Origin: a virus
Taxonomy: Duplodnaviria; Caudoviricetes
Strand: one strand, 5' to 3'
IMG/VR virus record: IMGVR_UViG_3300021368_000936
Span: 1-54,653 of that record
DNA: 54,653 nucleotides
Every line of letters starts with the position of its first letter. The stretch's first letter is position 1. This document shows positions 27,001 to 37,100 of the stretch, piece by piece. A program made the translations under genes and the position numbers. Under the pieces are notes generated by a model. It made no database searches. It was not told where the DNA came from and saw only the letters and a program-made list of their open reading frames with translations.

Positions 27001-29164
27001 TTCTGTTTCTGATGGCAAGGTATACAACTGTGAGGTTTCTCTCTCAGGAAGGGGATATACCGAACCACCATCTGTTGTTGTAAAGGGTGTTGGTCTTGGT
27101 GCTGCTGGTGCTGTTATCGAATCTGTTATTGAGATTGATACACCTGCTGTAAGAATGGGTATTGCTATTGATTCTGACGGTGTTACCGAATCTACAACCC
27201 CAACCAGATTTAACTTCAAGCACCCTGTATTCCTACAAAATGATACTGAGTATGCTCTTGCTATTGAGACAGACTCGATTGAATATGAACTATGGGCATC
27301 CAAACTAGGCGAGGTTGAAATTGCTACCAGTAACATTGTTACTACACAACCTTCACTAGGTTCTGTTTATAAGTCTCAGAACACTGACACTTGGACCGAA
27401 GATCTATTTGAAGATATTAAGTTTACTCTATACCGTGCTGAGTTTAGCACCACAGATGGCGAAATTGAAGTTACCAACGAAAATCTAGGTTATGAGAAAC
27501 TACAGGTTTCTCCTTTTGAGACTAGTGTGAGATCTGCTACTAATGCTACATCCACCCTGTTCAAAAATAACAACTCTGTTGTCAAGGTTTATCATAGAGA
27601 TAATGGTTTCGAAACTACTGGCGACTCTTATGTATTCTTCCAAGAAGCAGAAGACGTTGGTGGTATCTCTGGCGTTACCTTGAACCAGAGACTGTATAAA
27701 GTTTCTAACTCTGGTATTGATAGTTACAACATTACAAGTCCAAATGGAGCTGGTTCTAGCATCATTGGTGGTGGTAAGTCTGTTCTTGCTTCTTACAATA
27801 GAAAGTTCGAGCGTCTCTATGCTCAAGTTCCTTATCTACAACTAGATGGCACAAAGATTGAGTCGTTTGTTGCTACTACTGATGTAGTTCCTGTTGACTC
27901 ACCAACTAAGAACTATGTTTCTTATTCCTTTGTTGACTATGAGAAGACATTCCTTGGTGAAGAACACTTCTTTACTAATCAGAAAGTAGTTGCTTCTAGA
28001 ATTAATCAGACTATGAATGGTTTGGCACATTCACTGAAGTATAAGTTTAGACTGTCCACATCAAACTCTGCTCTGTCTCCTGTTATTGATCTACGTACTG
28101 CTACGGTCAAGACAGCATCTAATAGAATTGAAAATGCTACTGGTTATGAAGACAGATATGGCAAGAGAGATCAGATCGTCAAGTTCCAACCTCTCTACAC
28201 TTTGTCTATTGCTGTTACTGGAACAAATGCTGGTCAAGTAGATGCTAATCTAACTTTGGTTGGTCAGACTTCTAAGGCAGAAGGATTTATCACTAACTAT
28301 GATAGTGGTGATGCTACAATTAGATTGAGAACTTTCACTCCATTCCAACAGGGCGAACCACTAGACCTCATTGGTACTGATGGTGTTCAAATTCAAAACG
28401 TTGGTATTACTATCACCAATATTTCTGAAATTGATTTCAACTTCAGTGTAGGTTCTAATGTGATTGCTTATTCTCAAACAGACTCTACTGTTAGTTACGC
28501 TAATAAGATTAATGGTAAGGTTATTCTTTGGGATGCTGAAGATAAGATCCTAATTGTGGAAAACTCTTATCAACCAATCAACAACAACTATACTGCTAAG
28601 GTTGCTGATGGTGAAGCATACAATAGAGCAACAACAACATCTGCTCAACAACCTGATATCTTTAGAGTTGGTGATGTGGTTCAATCAACTGGTGATGACA
28701 TCCCTGTGTTTGTAGAACTCAACACAATTGACTACACTACAGGTGTTGATTATGTTCCAGAAACAGATGCCGTCAATAGTTCTTCGGTTGCTAAGTATGT
28801 AACCAAGGAAGTATTCATCGACAATCCTGGTTCTTCTATTGATGTAAGATCTACTATGAATCTTACCGATATTGAGAATGTTAAGATTTACTATAAGATT
28901 AGAGAGTCTTCCAGTTCGGCAAACTTTGACGATATTAACTGGACTCCATTCAATGTTAATGGCAACCCAGATGTAGAAAACCTTGCTACTCCAACCAACT
29001 CCATTTCTGGTCAGTTTGAGAAGCAAGTAGATTACCAAGAACTAGTTTATAGTGCTTCGAATCTACCCGAATTTACATCATTCGCTATTAAGATTATCAT
29101 GAAGACTGATAATCCTTCTTATGTACCTAAGATCCAAGACCTAAGAGCTGTAGCTTCATACTGA
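21092..29164 (+). CDS. vrlC: VrlC-like / DUF4815 virion structural protein (2690 aa)
   Basis: NLNVAPYYDD...VLFRPG..IQTRELT, APGAHR, LARRTYDESGDY, RYTMKDIGKLEKRIERLEYYT and NPLAQTF motifs. Confidence 0.85.
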   Translation: MPQKTNLNVAPYYDDYDAGKNFYKVLFRPGYSIQTRELTSLQSILQNQIESFGKFNFKQGQQVIPGEVGLNTKLDYVKLSSVSEVAVNEGGQIVYKKYDIKKLVGTQLSGLNSGVVGRVLSAEYGSDIEADTLFVKYTTSGSASNETTFRQGETLEVIGGINTPLLVVGTDGSVLPTSINIEDPISGQISTLTSPAMGFATAVDVQEGVYFVNGFFVRNEKQLLVVNKYYNKPSAKVGFTVSEDVVTPEEDASLTDNARGFSNSSAPGAHRLSINLTLTKFDYTANTDKNFIQLVQIKNGTVEKQVKPADYTLLEETLARRTYDESGDYVVEDFDYDVREYYQRSGNNGVYALNTETGLINKTYTETEAEGKMVLHVSSGKAYVKGYEIINKESKTLEVSKGRDTLQRDNVTIKSKGLSEFNVTNVFGGVPLNSVGDISTGYPSVSLNSVFNDGTIGFSGLEPDGYFRDTVSRRSQVFNLKDGIMTIYVQSLVDQPVATSDLPDEIFFVTTRGTGTVQGKRATVIGKAIVNRPEVNPASNAVFGELTILGDKSVLDNFMKEYDDGETDYRRYIYTSETLMETSSNPYGVVVDYNPSFTPIVGVSKPKNFRMISRGSGFNPDSDIILSKGRSASTTPYNATFGFSYFNPVFFTRLKLEKKIIADTFKKGKYIYGKESKAYGVIENDTTGNFSGISTLFVTTLSGQFIPGETIIDEEQNAIKIAKENTISHFVVNKRGSNYNDASSVVINGEIFDQSKVDVVLYGGAVVQVLVEDRSALQQTYATPPDILFTSDDSNSDKAVVTPVLFKDTVLTFTPQNVKSLSSTFNNYTFTADVDFSSTTYANYKQISDFTFFGTKGKKFIECNGFGADLTGDLIQGDIIQFTDANNNVIKNIVQYVTLPQNTEKSRIYFDYALPDNVTNATIVRLRPVLANSSATLVFPTGSKQVASLVNDDANTKFKYHVRKDFVTDLSASGGNLTFTAQLPVGTQKFVPFTENNFLITVLSKGSSTVVENGDIIYIDPRYIVVEDSVITASSVTAGALRIQNLPSDYFGVITDSNFPVLKLTATVEIDKARPRLKTAIRNKRVIVVSSGDRVIPIRGQDYDSDVIETFSYSDVFKLKYVYEGTATNPPVVDPAGNLVSGTDVTYKYKFDNGQRDTYYDVSRIVLKPGFDAPTGQLVVAFDFFEHSQGDFCTVDSYLHEAGVLPDEIPLFNSAVNGVISLRDSIDFRPKVDGNTTITGFQDQSIVEAFDTTDYITFLGTGGIPTATPANDAGLPYTVSFSEKQYLDRIDGLFLTKKGDFIIKEGNASLNPSKPEPVDDAVSLCYLHIPAYTNNSKDVRIVPVDNKRYTMKDIGKLEKRIERLEYYTTLSILEQQALNMQVKDEIGLDRFKSGFLVDNFEAHRTGNLKSDDYRCAIDTQQSVLRAQTKEDSFVLKEINTRDDQRVVNGYVINNGVVTLPYENVELLGNANATNTINPNPFVVIQYVGEGVISPQQDSWYDQSIAPLVVDTNTKLNTIFLAKDVVADAYSSLYNSFIVNWCGTDAGLLPIESLAGINSEDIESTVEPASIASSSNVSPQNNEVGKGVGTRTINNRKVSTALQFFARSIPVKFVMNRLKPDTKVYVFMEGRNIDRWVVPDSRFSGQAGNSLSTFGAPLVTDSNGNLSGIILVPAGLPPVSNTRWTGNVDTVNYDETGEEIRFSTGTKTIRFTSASDDADKSGVDTYAEVKFYAAGITPENPASITSTATSFFKANEGVQLVDSNTDDPVKPNPLAQTFKIENFDGGVMTTGVDLFFSKKSKSIPLRAYLTDIAAGKPGKNIIPGTQVSLTPETYLRVYVTGESETVTINLDEIVTGKSSNAAGPIAKVFDSNLVRVGDDTSTSFQLNKEQVYTLVLNNHNGTSFIANESLSIPSVTTYNNLNNTTLGVFIAKDSGKVTDLKVSAVGDNYETASITIESPQLPGGSSATGSISVSDGKVYNCEVSLSGRGYTEPPSVVVKGVGLGAAGAVIESVIEIDTPAVRMGIAIDSDGVTESTTPTRFNFKHPVFLQNDTEYALAIETDSIEYELWASKLGEVEIATSNIVTTQPSLGSVYKSQNTDTWTEDLFEDIKFTLYRAEFSTTDGEIEVTNENLGYEKLQVSPFETSVRSATNATSTLFKNNNSVVKVYHRDNGFETTGDSYVFFQEAEDVGGISGVTLNQRLYKVSNSGIDSYNITSPNGAGSSIIGGGKSVLASYNRKFERLYAQVPYLQLDGTKIESFVATTDVVPVDSPTKNYVSYSFVDYEKTFLGEEHFFTNQKVVASRINQTMNGLAHSLKYKFRLSTSNSALSPVIDLRTATVKTASNRIENATGYEDRYGKRDQIVKFQPLYTLSIAVTGTNAGQVDANLTLVGQTSKAEGFITNYDSGDATIRLRTFTPFQQGEPLDLIGTDGVQIQNVGITITNISEIDFNFSVGSNVIAYSQTDSTVSYANKINGKVILWDAEDKILIVENSYQPINNNYTAKVADGEAYNRATTTSAQQPDIFRVGDVVQSTGDDIPVFVELNTIDYTTGVDYVPETDAVNSSSVAKYVTKEVFIDNPGSSIDVRSTMNLTDIENVKIYYKIRESSSSANFDDINWTPFNVNGNPDVENLATPTNSISGQFEKQVDYQELVYSASNLPEFTSFAIKIIMKTDNPSYVPKIQDLRAVASY

Positions 29165-29364
29165 TGAGATATTTAAAAGTTGAAGGTCACGAAAATCTTT
29201 ATCGTGATGTCACCACGGGAGCGATTGTCAACACTGACAAACCCGCTCCCAGAAACTTTTCTCGTACATTTAACAATGCACTAGAAGACATAAATACTTT
29301 GAAGGAAGAACTATCTGAAATCAAACTACTTCTTAGAGAGATCGTAAGAAATGCCAGCAATTAA
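29164..29364 (+). CDS. Small coiled-coil protein, 66 aa
   Basis: KVEGHENLYRD..TGAIVN plus a heptad C-terminus; contains late promoter TAAATA 29291-29296. Confidence 0.8.
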   Translation: MRYLKVEGHENLYRDVTTGAIVNTDKPAPRNFSRTFNNALEDINTLKEELSEIKLLLREIVRNASN

Positions 29365-32300
29365 CGTCGCCAGAACAGATACCTTTGAAACTCAAAGGCA
29401 AAAAATCAACCAGATTGGAGACATCCTATCGAACATTTCCGCTGGCGGAAGTGACCTACAGACAGGTAACCTGAAATTAGGTGACGGAACGAAAGCTGTT
29501 CCTTCTCTTTCGTTTATTAGTGATTCTACCCTAGGTTTATACAGACCAGATAATTCACAAATTGGTTTTGTATCGGACGGAAAAGACCTAGTAAGATTCG
29601 AAACAGAAAAGTTCTATACATTTCAAGATCTCTTTGTTAGAAAGAAAACTCTTGTAACTGCTGGTCTATCTATTACCAATGAAGGTCAGAATTATGATAC
29701 TGGTTCTTATGATGCTATTAATGTAATTGGTGGTTCTGGTACTGGTGGTTCTCTTAATATTTCTGTAGAAGCATTTGGTGGTAGTATTTCTAGTAATGGT
29801 TCTAATTACCTGACAGGTGTCTATTCTGACATCCCAATGGTCAGCACTGGTTCTGGTACTGGTGTGACAGCAACCTTTGCTACATCAACACCTCAGTTTG
29901 TAATTCAGTCTGGTGGATCTGGTTACACTGATGGAGTATACTCTAGTATCAATGTAGTATCGTCTGGAGTCGGTATTGATACTCAGATCACTCTAGAATT
30001 TACTGGTGGTGCCCTAACAGATATTACAATTGAGAATGTGGGTAGTAAGCACCTTGCTGGTGACACATTCTCTATCCCAAATAGTGAACTACTATACTTT
30101 GATGAAGTACAGCAACTAGAAGTACAGAGTGGTGGTTCTGGTGCTACTATTGCCATCAGTGGTAATCCCAATGTAATTGATGCTGCCACGTTCGAGTTTC
30201 TAACTAAGGGTGAAGGTCACGCTGTTGGTGATGATCTAACCACTCCTGGATCTCAGACTCAAACAGGTAACTTGCCAGGAAGTGTTTCTGGTCTTTCCGC
30301 TACTCTAGGAACTGGTACTACCCTGACCTTGACTTCTACCGCTGGCATTATTGCTGGCATGAATGTTATTCAACTCAGCGGTGATGGAGCAATTGCTAGT
30401 GATACTACTGTTGCCAGTGTTACTAACGGCACTACTCTTGTTCTATCTGCTGCCCCAGAAGTTGCTGGTTCTGCTGTCCTAGATTTTGCCTCTCAGTCAG
30501 TATCTTCTATTGTTCTGCCTAACGTATCATCTATTGTTCTAGGATCTCTTATTAGTGGTGGTGGATATAGTGGAGAGATCACTGGTATTGATCTAGATCT
30601 AGGAGAGGTTAGCATTACTCCCGATAGCACTAATGCTCAAAATAATGTAACTTTCACTATCAATCCTCCATATGGCACTGGTTCTGGATTCAATTTTGAT
30701 ATTAATGCTGTTGGTGTTGTAAGCGAACTTAGTGTAAATGCTGAAGGTAATGGTTATGCTGTAGGAGATACACTAGCAGTAAACCCTGCTGATTTGACTC
30801 AACCAATTTCTGTTTATGTATCAGTATTTGCTGGTCAAGAAGTTTCTATTGGATCAGCAATTCCTCTGTCTGTTGGAGACAACGTAAACACATACACTCC
30901 ACCAGATGCTGAAGCAGGAACCCCAGCACAATATGGTCCAGACCTAGAAGTTATTGCTATTACTGGTGGTAGTAATAATGCTGTCACAGCATTTGTATGT
31001 TCTGCTGCCGAAGATCTCGGTGTAGATGCTGAGTTTGTAATTAATGGTGGTGGTACGGTATATACTTCTACTGGATCTGTTACTAAAAATCTATACTACG
31101 CTGGGTTTGATGAAGCTAATCAAACTCTACAACCAGACCTGACTCTTTATGTTGGTAGCAAGTATCGTTTCATCCAATCTGACGGATCTTCTGGCGAACA
31201 TCCTATTGCTTTCTCTCAGCATCCCAACGGAACACAGAACAACATTACTGGTGTAACAGCAGATCTAGATTCTACTTCCACATCAATTACCGTGTCTGAT
31301 GCTACAGGTATTCTTCCTGGAATGGGAATATCTGTTGCTAGTGGAGATGGTGCTATTGATATTGGAACAACCGTTGAGTCGGTTGTTGGAACTACAGTAA
31401 CTCTATCAGAAGCACCTGCTACATCTGGTGTAGGAACAGAACTATCATTCGTCGGTGTTGAACTCACTGCTGGTGTTACTAATAATGATGATGGTAAGAC
31501 TATTGAAATTACCGAACTAACTCCAGATCCTCTCTATTATTATTGTCCAAACCACGCTGATATGGGTGGTGAACATAGTCTAGATTCAAACAACCCAAAA
31601 GTTTTTGGTTCGGACTTCGAGGTTACACTAACGGAAGTTGGTATTGCTGATGTTATCAAGTTTGAAGTAAGCACAGGTAACACGACAACAACAGCAATTA
31701 CATCTACTACAGGTGCTATTGATGAATTGACTTCTGCCACTTCTGTTACATCACCTCTAGTTAATGCCACCGATGTGGTAGCAGATAAACTGTCTGCTAC
31801 TGCTGGTCAAAATTTAGATATTGAAACTGCTGCTGATATTGTAGCAGTTGGTCAGACTCTAACGTTTAACAATATTGTTTTGAACTACACCAATAGCAGC
31901 ATCACTGCTGCTGGTGACATCAAGACAAATACTGTTTTGAATGTTAATGATGTTCTGACTATCAACCAAAATGTTATTGGAACTAATGCTAGCAGCAACC
32001 TAGAACTTACTCCTGGACTTGGTAAGACAGCAAGAGTTGATACTAACACTGCTTTCCGTTTGCCTGTAGGTAATACTGCTGAAAGACCAACTATCGAGGA
32101 AAGTGGTCAAATCAGATTTAACAACGAGACTAATCAATACGAGGGTTATAGTTCTGCCAACAGTTCGTGGTCTTCTCTAGGTGGTGTACGTGACTTGGAT
32201 GGTGATACTACTATCCTTGCTGAAGAATCTGTAGGCACAGACGATGATACTCTATGGTTTCTCAATGATAATAATATCACTCTAAAACTAGACAGAAATT

Positions 32301-33592
32301 ATCTTGACTTCTTCTTTGTAAAAGAGATTAAATCTACAAAGCAAGGCATTCCTTCTTTCAATAAGTGGGTTGCTAATGTCTCTGTAACCACTGGTCAGTA
32401 TTTGAAGTATGGTCTCAATCTATTTGAAGTTACTGGTGATGGTGTAACAGGAGGTCCTGGATCTCCTCCGTTGGATAATAGTGGTACTGCCTTCACTAAT
32501 GGTACTGCTACACTTCAGTGGTCTCAACTAGCAGTTGCTCCATTAACAATTGCTGAGGTAGAAGAATTTAGAATTGGACCTACAGAACCAATTCCTTTGG
32601 TTGTTAACGGTGATCTTAGACTTGCTGGAAACAAAATTTCTACGGATATTAGTGATATAGTAATCCAACCCAATGGACTACAGAAAGTTGTCATTGATTC
32701 TCCAACATCTCTTGTACTGCCTGTTGGTGATAACAACTCCAAGGGCAATCCAATCCAAGGTTCTGTCAGATATAATACTGACGACAGTCAGTTTGAAGGA
32801 TTTAACGGTGCTCAGTGGGGTGGTCTTGGTGGTGTTAAAGATATTGACCAAGATACATTCATCCAGGCAGAAACTGCTCCTGGTGCTGACGAAGACACTT
32901 TGTTCTTCAAGAATGCCAATAACGAAACTCTAAGACTCAATGATCAGAAACTAGTATTCAATTATATCGATACTCTAGAATCTGAAACTAGTAACATCTT
33001 TAATTTTGTTGCTGATACGATTACGTTTGGTACACAAGATGTTACGTTAGACAACACTGCTGCTGGAGAAACTCTACTATTCAGTTCTAAGAATAACTTT
33101 GATATTGGTCTATCTTCTGGTCTCAATACCGATCCACTACTCAGACTTACAAACACAGGTAAGATCTACTATAATACATCGTTTGGTCTAGGCAATTTCC
33201 AAGGTCTAGAACTTCTCAACGAAGATCTATCCAAGTTTGAGTTGTCTCATATTAAGACTCATACTTCCAAGATCACTCTTGTCAAAGGTACGGTTGATTC
33301 TAGTTCCACCATTCTTTATGATCCTGCTGTTGCTGTATCTGCTCAGGTAGAACTGGTTGCTCATAACCAACAGACTGGTCATAAGGAATTTATCCAGTTT
33401 ACTGTTATTGACGATGGAACAGATATATATCGTACAGAGATTGGTAATGTCAAGACAGGCGAGGAAATAGTCAATTCCACATTTGACTTTGATGCTTCTA
33501 ATAGGGTACGTGTTACCTACACTGTAGATAGCAATTTGATCAATGGCAACAATGTTGAGATCACTGTAGTAACTACCGTAATTAAGAGGTAA
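29351..33592 (+). CDS. Virion structural / fibre-like protein (1413 aa) with cupredoxin-type motif
   Basis: N-terminal DTFETQRQKIN; duplicated LPVG...G.(I/V)R(F/Y)N....(Y/F)EG...W..LGGV.D.D.DT modules; YYYCPNHADM. Confidence 0.8.
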   Translation: MPAINVARTDTFETQRQKINQIGDILSNISAGGSDLQTGNLKLGDGTKAVPSLSFISDSTLGLYRPDNSQIGFVSDGKDLVRFETEKFYTFQDLFVRKKTLVTAGLSITNEGQNYDTGSYDAINVIGGSGTGGSLNISVEAFGGSISSNGSNYLTGVYSDIPMVSTGSGTGVTATFATSTPQFVIQSGGSGYTDGVYSSINVVSSGVGIDTQITLEFTGGALTDITIENVGSKHLAGDTFSIPNSELLYFDEVQQLEVQSGGSGATIAISGNPNVIDAATFEFLTKGEGHAVGDDLTTPGSQTQTGNLPGSVSGLSATLGTGTTLTLTSTAGIIAGMNVIQLSGDGAIASDTTVASVTNGTTLVLSAAPEVAGSAVLDFASQSVSSIVLPNVSSIVLGSLISGGGYSGEITGIDLDLGEVSITPDSTNAQNNVTFTINPPYGTGSGFNFDINAVGVVSELSVNAEGNGYAVGDTLAVNPADLTQPISVYVSVFAGQEVSIGSAIPLSVGDNVNTYTPPDAEAGTPAQYGPDLEVIAITGGSNNAVTAFVCSAAEDLGVDAEFVINGGGTVYTSTGSVTKNLYYAGFDEANQTLQPDLTLYVGSKYRFIQSDGSSGEHPIAFSQHPNGTQNNITGVTADLDSTSTSITVSDATGILPGMGISVASGDGAIDIGTTVESVVGTTVTLSEAPATSGVGTELSFVGVELTAGVTNNDDGKTIEITELTPDPLYYYCPNHADMGGEHSLDSNNPKVFGSDFEVTLTEVGIADVIKFEVSTGNTTTTAITSTTGAIDELTSATSVTSPLVNATDVVADKLSATAGQNLDIETAADIVAVGQTLTFNNIVLNYTNSSITAAGDIKTNTVLNVNDVLTINQNVIGTNASSNLELTPGLGKTARVDTNTAFRLPVGNTAERPTIEESGQIRFNNETNQYEGYSSANSSWSSLGGVRDLDGDTTILAEESVGTDDDTLWFLNDNNITLKLDRNYLDFFFVKEIKSTKQGIPSFNKWVANVSVTTGQYLKYGLNLFEVTGDGVTGGPGSPPLDNSGTAFTNGTATLQWSQLAVAPLTIAEVEEFRIGPTEPIPLVVNGDLRLAGNKISTDISDIVIQPNGLQKVVIDSPTSLVLPVGDNNSKGNPIQGSVRYNTDDSQFEGFNGAQWGGLGGVKDIDQDTFIQAETAPGADEDTLFFKNANNETLRLNDQKLVFNYIDTLESETSNIFNFVADTITFGTQDVTLDNTAAGETLLFSSKNNFDIGLSSGLNTDPLLRLTNTGKIYYNTSFGLGNFQGLELLNEDLSKFELSHIKTHTSKITLVKGTVDSSSTILYDPAVAVSAQVELVAHNQQTGHKEFIQFTVIDDGTDIYRTEIGNVKTGEEIVNSTFDFDASNRVRVTYTVDSNLINGNNVEITVVTTVIKR

Positions 33593-33601
33593 TAAAAACC
33601 A

Positions 33602-34111
33602 ATGGCAGGAAATTTAAATACACTAGATTCGGTTGGTGGATTTTCAGTATCTAATAAAGTTATTGTAAATCACACATATGATGCTACGAATCTAAACTCA
33701 CTAGAAGTCAAGAATGCTTTTTATGATGATTCATTTGCTCAGCATTATATCCTGAGAGGAACTAACACGTCTACACTCTCTGTAGATAATGTTAATGGTA
33801 TTCTTTCTATCCCCTCCAACACTATGAATTTTGTTGAGTCAATTGTTGTTGCTGTCAACGATGACAACACGGCTAGCATCACTCAGAAATTGGAAAGTGC
33901 TCTTCAGTGTGATAATTCTGGAGTAGTAACCGAGTTGTCTACTATGACAACTATCATTAAAGATAGCATCCCAGATGGACAAACTTGGGAGATCGAACTC
34001 TTCACTGGTGGTGGAGCAAATAAGTTCAGTTATGCCACAACAAGGATTGGTACAACTAAAACTGTCAAGTGGGCAGTATATACCAAAGTAGTAAGTATCG
34101 ACTGGACATGA
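33602..34111 (+). CDS. Virion structural protein, 169 aa
   Basis: ORF track; beta-rich; LDSVGGFSV N-terminal motif; GAGG RBS. Confidence 0.75.
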   Translation: MAGNLNTLDSVGGFSVSNKVIVNHTYDATNLNSLEVKNAFYDDSFAQHYILRGTNTSTLSVDNVNGILSIPSNTMNFVESIVVAVNDDNTASITQKLESALQCDNSGVVTELSTMTTIIKDSIPDGQTWEIELFTGGGANKFSYATTRIGTTKTVKWAVYTKVVSIDWT

Positions 34112-34114
34112 TGC

Positions 34115-34120
34115 TAAATA
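34115..34120 (+). promoter_or_regulatory. Late promoter core TAAATA
   Basis: Intergenic, upstream of 34159. Confidence 0.7.
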
Positions 34121-34158
34121 GATAGAGGAAATAAAATCATCAGCGGGCTGGATAGAAG

Positions 34159-37100
34159 ATGAGCTTTAAGTTTAATTCTGACAGGGAACAATTAAGAGCT
34201 ATTGCTCCATCTTTAATTGGAGATGAGGTACTTTCAATTAGGTCTGGCACAGGCGCTGATGAGAAAGAGGTACTTAGGACTCTGCTTGACCCCGACACGA
34301 AACTGCCACGTGTTGGTATCAACAGAACTGGTAGCAGAATTGACAGATATGTAATCACCAACCAAGGTAGTGGGTATACTCAATTACCTAGTGTTACTGT
34401 AGCTGCTCCTCCTCCTGGTCCTAATGCTCGTCAAGCATTTGCTTCTGCCTCTGTATCCGCTGAAGGTAGAGTTACTGGTCTTCTAATCGATGATCCTGGC
34501 GATGGTTACACTTCTGCTCCCGCCGTATCAATTACTGGTGGTAACGGAGCTGGGGCTGATGCTGAAGCATTCCTAGACACTGTTGACTTCGAACTTGATA
34601 TCAACGGTGCTATTAGAACTTCTACGTCTATCATTTCTGACACGGCGAGAATTCTAAACCTAGATATCGACAACCTCGTTACTCCAGATGCTCAGCTAAG
34701 AGCACCAAATCTCAAAACATTTATTAACAACACAGGTACACAATGGGTAGCAGATAAGTTCTACCAAAAAGATTCCTTTGTTGTTCGTGGTCCTAACGTA
34801 TACCAGGCACTAACTACTGGTTATTCTTCTGCCAATCCTCTAGATCCTCCTCTACATATTGACGGTATCCAGACCAATGGTAATTCTCTAGACGATCTTA
34901 CTAGACCTGGCGTATCATTTAAACACATCGGTTTCCGTGTAGCTGACGAGAACGAAGTATACTATAACGAAACTGGTGAAGCAGGTATCTACCCAAGATC
35001 TATCACTCCTCTGCTCGGTGATAAATCTGATAAGATTGCTACCACAGAATACGTCCTCAACCTAGCAACGAATGACGTTGGTGGTCGTATTTACGTTTCA
35101 CAGCAGATTGGTTCTGACCTAAACGACGGTCGTTCTGCTGTTAACCCAGTTAGAACTATTAAGAAAGCATGTCAGTTGGCATGGCAGACTCCTGGTGTTA
35201 AAGAATCGATTATTATCTCTGGTGGTGACTACACAGAAGATAACCCAATCTCAATTCCACCAGACGCTTCTATTGTTGGTGACAACCTACGTCTGGTTAT
35301 CATTCGTCCTTCTAACCCAAGAAAGCACATCTTCAAGTTCGGTGACAAGAACTACGTCATCGGTGTTACATATCGTGACCAAGAAGGTGCTGATACCTTT
35401 ACTTGGGACTTTGCTATGGTCTTTGACGACAAGCAAAGAATCACATATGCTGCCGACACAAATGGTGACTTCGGCACATCATTCCCTGTAGGTACACAAG
35501 TCTTTGGTGAAGATGCTTTCCGAGCAGACTTCCAGGATAATGGTGGTCTATCTTCTCTCGTCGCTGGCGTTGAGATGAGAGGTGTTAATGGTGGTGTCAT
35601 TGAATCTACTAGAGTAGAGTTTGATGCCATCACAGGAGCATCTGCTTACATTACTGGTGAGTTTGATTATAGGAATATTTCTGGTGGTATCACTGCTGGT
35701 GAAACACTATCTTATGGTGGTGCCAATACTTTAAGATTTGCTCCAAACACAGCATACACAGTAGGTCAAATTGTTTGGACTTCTGATCATACATACAGCG
35801 TTTCTGCCGCTGGTACTTCTGGAGAAACCAACCCAACACACGATGCTGGTGCTGCTGGTAATGGTCCAGACACTCTGGAGTTTACATATATTAGAGACAC
35901 TTATACTCTAGTTACTACAGATGTTATCTCGATTAGACCTGAAGGTGAGGTCGTATTCGAGGATATTCCAAACCCAGAAGCTCCTGCTCTACCTATTTAC
36001 AGAATTGACTTTTCTCAGCAGGGTCAAGATGCAATTGCTACTGGTGGTTATCAGGATCCTGGAACACCAGAAGATCTTGGTGGTATTATTTTCTACACCA
36101 ACGCTCTACAAGGTGCCGACAACATTCACGACTTCAAAGAAGGTCAAGAAATCTTCATCGAAGGTCTATCGACATCAGCACCTGACCTCTCGATGCTTAA
36201 TGGTATCCAGAGAATCTACAAGGTCATTGAAGACCCTGATGGTAGATCAAGACGTTTCGTCATTCCAAAGAAACTACCACTACTAACAAATGACAACTAC
36301 GATCCTGGTCAGTTTGCTGCCGTAAGATCAGTTGCCAAGTCGGTCACTCTATCTCTACTCAACTCTCCATTTAAGTTCAACCAAGCAAATCCTGTTGCTA
36401 GAAGATATCAGGATGCTTGTCTACAAATTAAGAACAATAGAGAGTTCATCGCTGATGAAGTTGTAGGTCGTATTAATGATGAGTTCAAAAAAGAATATTT
36501 CTCGATCTATGATATCGGTGGTTCTGCTGCCCAGCAATTCACTCCAACTAACGTAACCTATGATCCTGCTACAGGTATCTCTACGTTTACTGTAGCAAAC
36601 CATGGTCTAGTAGCTGGTGATGGTGTATCCATTGCTGACAACTCCTTGGTGTTCACTTGTGCCATGGATGGCAATAAGACTGAGCACAGTTCTCCACAGT
36701 CTGACTACTACTCCAGTGGCAAGGCATTGCCAGTTTTGAGCAGTGGTTTAACTACAAATACATTCCAGTTGAATGTAGGTGTTTCTGGTCCTGATCAACA
36801 GTTCACTCCATCAGATGCTGTATACAATCCAGCTACTGGTGATTTGACAATCAACCTCAATACTACCCACGGACTAGACGTTGGCGAAGGTATTGTAATC
36901 GATGATAACTCCTTGTCATTCACATGTGACATGGATAATAACCAGTCTACTAAGACTTATCCACGTCCTGGCATCGACCCATACGCTGGCAGATCTATCA
37001 ACATCACTGCTGTTCCTTCGGACACAGAGATTACAGTTAATGTAGGTGCCTCTGCTGCTAACAAGTATTTCACACCTTCTGCTGCTGACTATAACCCCGT

